From: Macrostomum lignano
Lineage: Eukaryota
Assembly: GCA_002269645.1 (NCBI GenBank)
Contig: NIVC01003660.1
Location: forward strand, 1-64,000
Reading direction: 5' to 3'
DNA length: 64,000 nt
The position numbers were made by a program, and so were the translations under genes. The notes beneath the pieces are model-generated. The model did no database searches. It was not told the DNA's origin and saw nothing but the letters and a program-made list of their open reading frames with translations. Positions 56,296 through 64,000 of this stretch are shown here, piece after piece. Each line of letters starts with the position of its first letter. The first letter of the stretch is position 1.

Positions 56296-59200
56296 TTATA
56301 AGTCAGATAAGTAGGCCAGATTATCGCAGCAGGTGGAATTGTAAGTAAAAGTGTAGGTCAGTCTGTCAGTCCATACAGTCAGGAAATGGTTGTCAGTTAA
56401 AGGGTGAAGCTTTGTCGACGTACTATAAGATCTTAATGTAGTCTAGGAGCTATATTACAAATTCAATGTCAATTTTACAGCGTTAATTCTTATATGAGTA
56501 TTCACTCACAAGCCGAAAGCAATTAAAATGCAGTGCAACGTACAGTGTAGACGCTGATCACCAGGGAAGAAAGAACTGAAAGTAACATTCATGTACGAGC
56601 TAGAAACAAAATATACCGACTCGATTGATGACGCGAAGGGGGAATTTGGGAGGACTGCGGACTGGGCAGAACTGGGAAAAATAAAATCAAGAAAATGTTG
56701 ATGACGACAACCACGGGTCTGGCAATCAATTTCCCGTCGGCTGCTCCCGCCCTCCCCTCTTCTCTCCTCGACCGATTCCACCAGTCTGCAGCCTCATCCC
56801 CGATCCCCCAGGAGGAATTTGGGGATGCTGAGCAGGCGGGCGGATGGAGGCAAAGCGGGGGGCTGAGGGCCTCGTGGACTTTAAATATAGAAAGTAGCCG
56901 TCGAGTTTCAATCAAGATTGGGGAGCAAACTATTACAGAAAGCAAATGCTTCGCCTTCTCGGGTCTCGCGATTTCATCTCAATCGAAATTATAATTTTTT
57001 CCGCGATGCTCTTTACCCAATCTGCTTCGTCCAGACTTGAAACATCAATATGAATATTGGAATTTGACACGCTCCATTCTGGCATAGCCGAAGTTTTTTC
57101 TGCACCTTTCCATGAATTACCTGCACAGTTTATCCAATAAGTAGATTTTACGAGCGTATGTATGTACTTTTACGATTGCAGTATAAGTTGTTGTGTAAAT
57201 TGTGTAAGTGTTGCAAAAACTTCAAAGACTACTTGAATTAAGCTGACAATGTCTTTTGGCTCAAAATTTATATGCACAAAAATTCGATGCACCTTGCAAC
57301 GGTAATTTCTGCGCTGCGCCTTTTTAAACGAAGATCTGCATGCGCGTTTCCACTCCCCCAGACCGTTGAGACATTCATGATTCTGCCAGAAGGTCTGATT
57401 TTTTCCATAAGCGCTACAGTAATTTGATCAGTACACGACCAGATGTTAATTATGAATACATGCACTCGTACATGTAGTAAATGTGACCTCGATCAGTGCG
57501 GCCTTTGTCAACCCAATTCATACTTCATCAGCGCCATGCTGACTTTGTTCATGGCCTCTGACATTCACCTTGGCGGAGCTGCTATTGATCTGAACCTACC
57601 GGTACATATAACAGCTGGATGAAACCATCAGACTATGGACTCTGTTGCGAATATGTTCGATTTGCGATATCGCTGCCGGTCAATTGACTTGGGGGAAAAC
57701 CTGAGCTACTTGTGAATCCTCAACTCGTCTCTTCCAGCATTCGATCATGATGCAGTCATCATCCTGACGCCGTTAATTGGAAAGATTAAATAGGAAGGCA
57801 CCATACACCAGGTGACAATCGAGTACCGATCGCGGGTGCAGAGCATCAACTCCGCTGATGTAAAGTCAGCGCGTGCGGTGTCAATCATGTACGCTCTGTG
57901 GATTTTTATTGCACAGGGGGCTCCCAGGGAATGGTCGTAACCGTTTCTGAGAGCGATCCATAGGGACTCCATCAACTCGACCTTCGATTACTTCAGCGAG
58001 ATATTAGAGTTGCTTGAGAATGGTAAAATTGAAACTGTCAATGATCGATGCCATTCGCCTTCACTAAGTCTTCGAAAACCCTTGAGACGAAATTGGCCGA
58101 GTCGACTGTCGTCGGTGCTGTTCGAGAGATATCCAAAGAAGAGAACAACGCTCTTTGGGGCTCTATGATCGAACGTCGCACTGAATAGAGGAAGACGAAC
58201 TCTTGACTAAGAATGATTTAAGTGAAAATCTTTCTTATTAGAATGTTTAGAAAATAATCTATTTAATTTGTCGATGTATAGTAATAGGCAGAACTAAACG
58301 CTATTAATTTTTTGCGAATAATCGACGCGTTGTGAGGTGTTGTAAGACAGGTACGTGTACACAGTAAGCCTCAATCAAACAGTGTTACTTTTTTATGATA
58401 AGCATGTTTATTCAGCAAAATTAAATTAAATTAAGAAAGTAAGAAAGTATTTAGGACTTCTACCTGATTGAAATAAAACAGGAATTCTTAATTAAATTAG
58501 AAATGATGAATCCTTACACTGCATACTAGTGTGTTTTAAAAAGGCCTATTTAAGGAGTTGTGCTGAACATAATAATAACTAATACTACGAGCGTATTACA
58601 AAATGTAGTTTAGTAGTAATAATAGTACCTATTACGAGCTACTAATACTATTTTTGCGACAAGGTCAAGTGTGACGAAGATTTTGCTAACCTTTATTGAG
58701 AATCGTAATTTACGACAATAAAGTGATAACTCGCAAAATCAGATAATTTGAAAATCTGTTTTTTTCCTCGAAAGATATTTTAAATATCGCCAATATCGGG
58801 CTAGTCTAGGGCGTGGGGCTTTTTATTTCTAGAAGTTTTCTAGATATTGCAATATTACCATTGCAGAATGTTTAAAAATTCAAATAATTTTTCTCGTCAG
58901 CAAATTATTCACAATTTAAAGTCGTATTTAAACACAATACAATGCTTCTTCCCGAGGGTTTGAAGTTGGGTTAGCCGGGACCCGGGAGGGAGGAATCAAA
59001 ATCAGGCGCCTAAATCATAATTAGGTTTCAGTTCATTTAGTTCATTTTAATTAGTTCTTTAAATTTGCTTTGGTTGATTCAAATAACAAATAAATAAAAT
59101 AACTTTTATTAATTAACCAATACCTTACTTGATACTTGTTATTATACTTGATCATTACCTAAGAAGCACTTGTCGCTTGTTTGATAATTTAAATGAATAT

Positions 59201-60309
59201 TTTTTGCAATAAATTTAAGTTCATAGGAATTGAACCTCCTTTCTAACTATTGAACTAACTATTAAGGTGAAGTTTAAATAAGAATATTGCAATTTAACAT
59301 TTTCTATCAAAAGAATTATTATCATAAAATTTTTATGTTAAAATTGCTTTTACTGCTTTTGAAAAAAGTTTTTGTTCAAGAATCAAGTGAATCTATGAAT
59401 ATCTTTGGGAATTTATTAGTACAAAATACAATTCAATGCAAAAAATATTATAGCCAAATTGCTAAAATAGTTACCATATTGATAGAAAAAACTTATTCCA
59501 AATTTCAATCTTTAAATTTAGATTTTTTACAATCAATAGAAATGATAATTTTATTAAATAGAGATATATTTCAAATGAAAAAATATTTGAATTATGCTAT
59601 ATTTAAATCAAACTAATATTCTAATTTTTATAGGAATATACCAATAACAATTTAGTTCATAAAACTTTTTGTTTGATTTGTAATGCAAAACTAAAGAATA
59701 TTTATAAGACAAACATGAACTTAAGCTTATATCTTATAAGCATATATCTTATGATAGTCTTCTGATAATATTGACAAGAAATATATAATGAATATATTAT
59801 AAAGGTAATTGCTATAAACAAATTGAGACTATTAAATAAGCAGTAACCATATAATGGGTTGCTTTTAGTTTGAAACCCTTTTTTTCTTTGTCTTATATAG
59901 ATTCATATAATAAATTGATACTATGACCAATTAGATCTTTACATCCTAGCTGAATCACTAATTGGACTTGATTTAATAAGAATTTTTTAACAAGAATTAT
60001 CTCAAGAAACATCAATTATTTAAAGAGATACAAGTCATGATAGTAATAATAATAGATAAAAGTAAGTTGGATAAGAGCTAAATTGTCTAGATTTGGATCC
60101 CAATACAACAATAGGACTAGGAATTTGGATCCTATCCAACCTTTAATTTTTTATAAAGACAGATTTTGAAATTAAGTAGAGATATAGTCATATGTGTAGA
60201 TAATAGTGGCTAAAAGCAAAAAGTTTATAGAGATTTTTTTCGGTATGATAATTAAGCCATATTTTATAACTTTTTATAACTGATTTAATTTTAATGTTCT
60301 GCATCCCAG

Positions 60310-63300
60310 GAGGAACCCCAGCTTCAGGCCAGCGGCAGTAGCGAACCCGCTGTTCAGGCAGCTCAGGCCACAGAAAATGACACTGAAGAAGTGCAGCCTC
60401 GTCATCCTCAGCCTCAGCAGCCGCCGCCGCCGCAGCAGCAGCAGCAGCAGGTGCTGCCTCACAGCGATAGCCGAGTCGGCGAGGCGGACACGATCTCCAA
60501 GCGAGATTATTACACACTGCGCGACCAGGGCGCCACTATGCAGCCGACACTGCAGAGGCAGTCAGAGGGAGGCGGCGGCGGCATTCGGCGCCTGGGTTCG
60601 GTGAAGATGCGCGAGTGTCTGGTTGTGATGCTGGACGGATCGGTTAATTCCTTTGAAGTTGACGTGAGCAATAAAATGCTTTTCTAATTATTCAGTATGC
60701 AGTTTTTTAGATTGCCTAATTTAACAAAAGAAGTTTCCCAGGAAATTGATCTATTTCCGTTTACCCAATATTTCATTGATGGATTTTTTCTTGCCCTCTT
60801 CTTCTTTCTATTCGATCGCAGCCGGCCTCCAAAGCGCAGGATTTGTTCGACGAGACCTGCAAGTTTCTCTGTCTGCGCGAGAAAGAATACTTCGGCCTGT
60901 GCTATCGGGACTCTACGCACATTTTTGTGAGTTGGGCATTGCTTGTTAACTATATAATAGTACATTTGCTTTGCATCCTGCCGCACACTTTCTGGCGCCT
61001 CCCTCCGCTCCCTTTCTTTTAGAGGAAGGTATCTCCTTTATAGCCTTTCTTGGCGCCACCTTCCCATGCCTTAGCGCCTCCTTCTGCTCCCTTCCTGGTG
61101 CCCTATTAGTGTCCGTTTGACGCCCCTTCCACACCCATCCTGGCGCCGTCTTGTCTGTTTGGCGCCCCCTTCGATACCCACCCTGGCGCCCCCTTGGTGT
61201 CTTTTTGGCGCCCCCTTCCATACCCACTCTGGCAGCCCCTTGGTGTCTTTTTGGCGCCCCCTTCCATACCCACTCTGGCGCCCTCCTGCGCTCCCTCGGG
61301 TTTCCAAATCAATTTTTATTTCTCGTTTATGCAAAAGTACATAATCTCCCTCTATCTGAGCAAACGGACTGTAAAAAGGAAACGGACAGATCTGGCGGCA
61401 CTTTCAATGCGATATTTTTGGGAGTTGGTTCTATAATAGATTGACGAGCGCCATTGGCGGGGAAGGAAAGAAGCAGAGAAACCCTCTCGCCACTGCCCTC
61501 TGGTCCCCCTCTTTTGAACTTTTTTCCATTCCCCTCTCTCTCCACCGTGATTGCCAATTAACGGGCAAACTCCCCCAAAACTCTGCCTCAAGCCGCCCAA
61601 TCTCCCCTGATGAGGCCAACCCAGCTGCAGGTCACGTGACCCCTGACCGCATATATATATGCGGAAATATAAATATTTCCTGGCGTCAGTCTTTCTTCCT
61701 TTTTATTCGAGCATTTTTTAAGCCCAGCGCGAGTACGCTGACTTCCTGGTGGGATTTTTCTGGCCTAATAGAGGTGTGGGATAATTATATTGGCTGTCAG
61801 GTGGCGCGGGGCGGGGTCGAAAAAAATTTGAGTTGATGAGGAATATTATTAATCTGACCGGATATTGGTAGGTGGGATTCGCCCATTGTTTGCCGGGGGT
61901 TATTCATTGGCTCGCTGGGATGATTCCCAGGGCTTCAGATAGCGGGCACTGAGATTTACCACTCTGGGAAATTCCCCCATACACACTGAGATTTACCACT
62001 CTGGGAAACTCCCCCATACACTGAGATTTACCGCTCTGGGAAATTCCCCCATAAACTGAGATTTACCGCTCTGGGAAACTCCCCCATACACTGAGATTTA
62101 CCGCTCTGGGAAATTCCCCCATACACTGAGATTTACCGCTCTGGGAAACTCCCCCATAAACTGAGATTTACCGCTCTGGGAAATTCCCCCATACACTGAG
62201 ATTTACCGCTCTGAGAAATTCCCCCCATACACTGAGATTTACCGCTCTGGGAAATTCCCCCCATACACTGAGATTTACCGCTCTAGAAAATTCCCTCACA
62301 CACTGAGATTTACCACTCTGGGAAATTCCCCGATAAACTGAGATTTACCGCTCTGGGAAATTCCCCCACACACTGAGATTTACCACTCTGGGAAAATCCC
62401 CCATAAACTGAGATTTACCACTCTGGGAAATTCCCCCATACAAACTGAGATTTACCGCTCTGGGAAATTCCCCCATACACTGAGATTTACCACTCTGGGA
62501 AATTCCCCGATAAACTGAGATTTACCGCTCTGGGAAATTCCCCCATACACTGATATTTACCGCTCTGGGAAATTCCCCCATACACTGAGATTTACCGCTC
62601 TGGGAAATCCCCCATAAACTGAGATTTACCACTCTGGGAAATTCCCCCATACACACTGAGATTTACCGCTCTGGGAAATTCCCCGATAAACTGAGATTTA
62701 CCACTCTGGGAAATTCCCCCATACACTGAGATTTACCGCTCTGGGAAATTCCCCCATACACTGATATTTACCGCTCTGGGAAATTCCCCCATACACTGAG
62801 ATTTACCGCTCTGGGAAATCCCCCATAAACTGAGATTTACCACTCTGGGAAATTCCCCCATACACACTGAGATTTACCGCTCTGGGAAATTCCCCGATAA
62901 ACTGAGATTTACCACTCTGGGAAATTCCCCCATACACTGAGATTTACCGCTCTGGGAAATTCCCCCATACACTGAGATTTACCGCTCTGGGAAATTCCCC
63001 CATACACTGATATTTACCGCTCTGGGAAATTCCCTCATACACTGAGATTTACCGCTCTGGGAAATTCCCCCATACACTGAGATTTACCGCTCTGGGAAAT
63101 TCCCCCATACACTGATATTTACCGCTCTGGGAAATTCCCCCATACACTGAGATTTACCGCTCTGGGAAATTCCCCCATACACTGATATTTACCGCTCTGG
63201 GAAATTCCCTCATACACACTGAGATTTACCACTCTGGGAAATTCCCCGATAAACTGAGATTTACCGCTCTGAGAAATTCCCCAACACACTGAGGTTTATC

Positions 63301-63625
63301 AGTCTGGGAAATTCCCCCACACATGGAGATTCACCACTCTGGGAAATCCCCCCACGCTGAGGTTTGTAGATTTACAATGAGATTGTACACTGAGATTTAC
63401 AACTAAGAAATTCCCTCACACACTAGAGCATCTCCTGGTTGAGATTCGAGAATATTCCTATTAAGATTCGATCGTGAAGCATATCTTCTACAGGGTAAAA
63501 TATTCAAAGATATACTGACGCTGTCGCACCCAATAAAATAATAATTTATTAAAAGCACTTCTTTTGCTTTTCCAATTTGCAGCACTGGCTCTACAATGAC
63601 AGACGGCTGAACAAGCAGATTGGCA
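60310..63625 (+). CDS. FERM-domain (band 4.1/EPB41/coracle-like) protein, three exons; both ends incomplete
   Basis: Exons 60310-60663 (...ECLVVMLDGSVNSFEVD|), 60822-60926 (PASKAQDLFDETCKFLCLREKEYFGLCYRDSTHIF|) and 63583-63625 (HWLYNDRRLNKQIG) are GT-AG and in phase. Together they spell the FERM F1 lobe. Confidence 0.85.
61100..61285. repeat. ~44-bp degenerate tandem repeat (TGGCGCCCCCTTCCATACCCACTC...) in FERM intron
   Basis: 3-4 copies. Confidence 0.75.
61946..63355. repeat. 35-bp minisatellite (CTGAGATTTACCGCTCTGGGAAATTCCCCCATACA) in FERM intron
   Basis: About 40 copies over 1.4 kb. Confidence 0.97.
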
Positions 63626-64000
63626 GTAAGCAGCTCGTCATTTTCTTCTTTTATTATTCAAAACCCATTTTTCTGTTTACGAATGCTTGCAAAATTCCAT
63701 TGGGACCCACGTGTGTCACCTGGGATTCAGTTTGGCGCATTTACGGCATCACCGTCAGGATCTTTCCTCTCCGCTGCTAGCATTTTTCCCCTTAATTAGT
63801 CCCTGCCTTATCCTACATGACCTGTGTATACACAGTGTGCGGTCCATGCAGTGGTGGAGCGCACACCTGGCCTAGTTAGTGGATGCAGCCCTTCAGTTTA
63901 GTAGTTCCTTTATGGATATGGCGGTGCATGCATATTCCGCATCCATCACTTTCTAATGCCAAGTTAGACACGCGCACACAGGGCCACGTAATACATGGCT

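Noticed and set aside
57268-57465. Carbonyl-reductase/SDR-like motif (IRPSGRIMNVST) on the minus strand
   Set aside because: No TGxxxGIG, NNAG or YxxxK exons were found nearby, the acceptor is poor, and the opposite strand has a longer coding-like frame.
61600-61680. Hammerhead ribozyme (CTGATGA...GAAA)
   Set aside because: No stem II closes onto GAAA and stems I/III cannot be formed. Only short palindromes (GGTCACGTGACC, GCATATATATATGC) are present.

Overview
AT-rich, repeat-dense animal genomic DNA with GC-rich spliceosomal exons. GT-AG introns packed with minisatellites, TTAGGG-type repeats and Ala/Ser/Gly low-complexity linkers suggest a flatworm such as Macrostomum lignano (inference, not verified). 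Genes reconstructed by eye: the 3' end of a glycine-rich-domain (GRDP/DUF1399-like) gene; a 2-exon secreted prepropeptide with 15 KR-flanked copies of GYYWPGM(W/L)(N/K)F(RNAD); an intronless hnRNP-C/RALY-type RRM + BCL11-like zinc-finger protein; a divergent intronless RPL35; a complete 7-exon mind bomb (MIB1) E3 ligase with one 1-bp frameshift; a stand-alone CNPase-like 2H phosphoesterase; a 5-exon Mab-21/cGAS-like receptor (cGLR) whose catalytic acidic residues appear lost; an F-box/LRR gene; and three exons of a FERM/band-4.1 gene. Mobile DNA includes a THAP-bearing TIR element, a tRNA/CORE-type SINE, a foldback MITE, hAT ends and a Helitron-like composite carrying a 2.9-kb satellite. The best novelty candidates are the unassigned multi-copy peptide precursor and the cGLR pseudo-enzyme with its neighbouring 2H phosphodiesterase.
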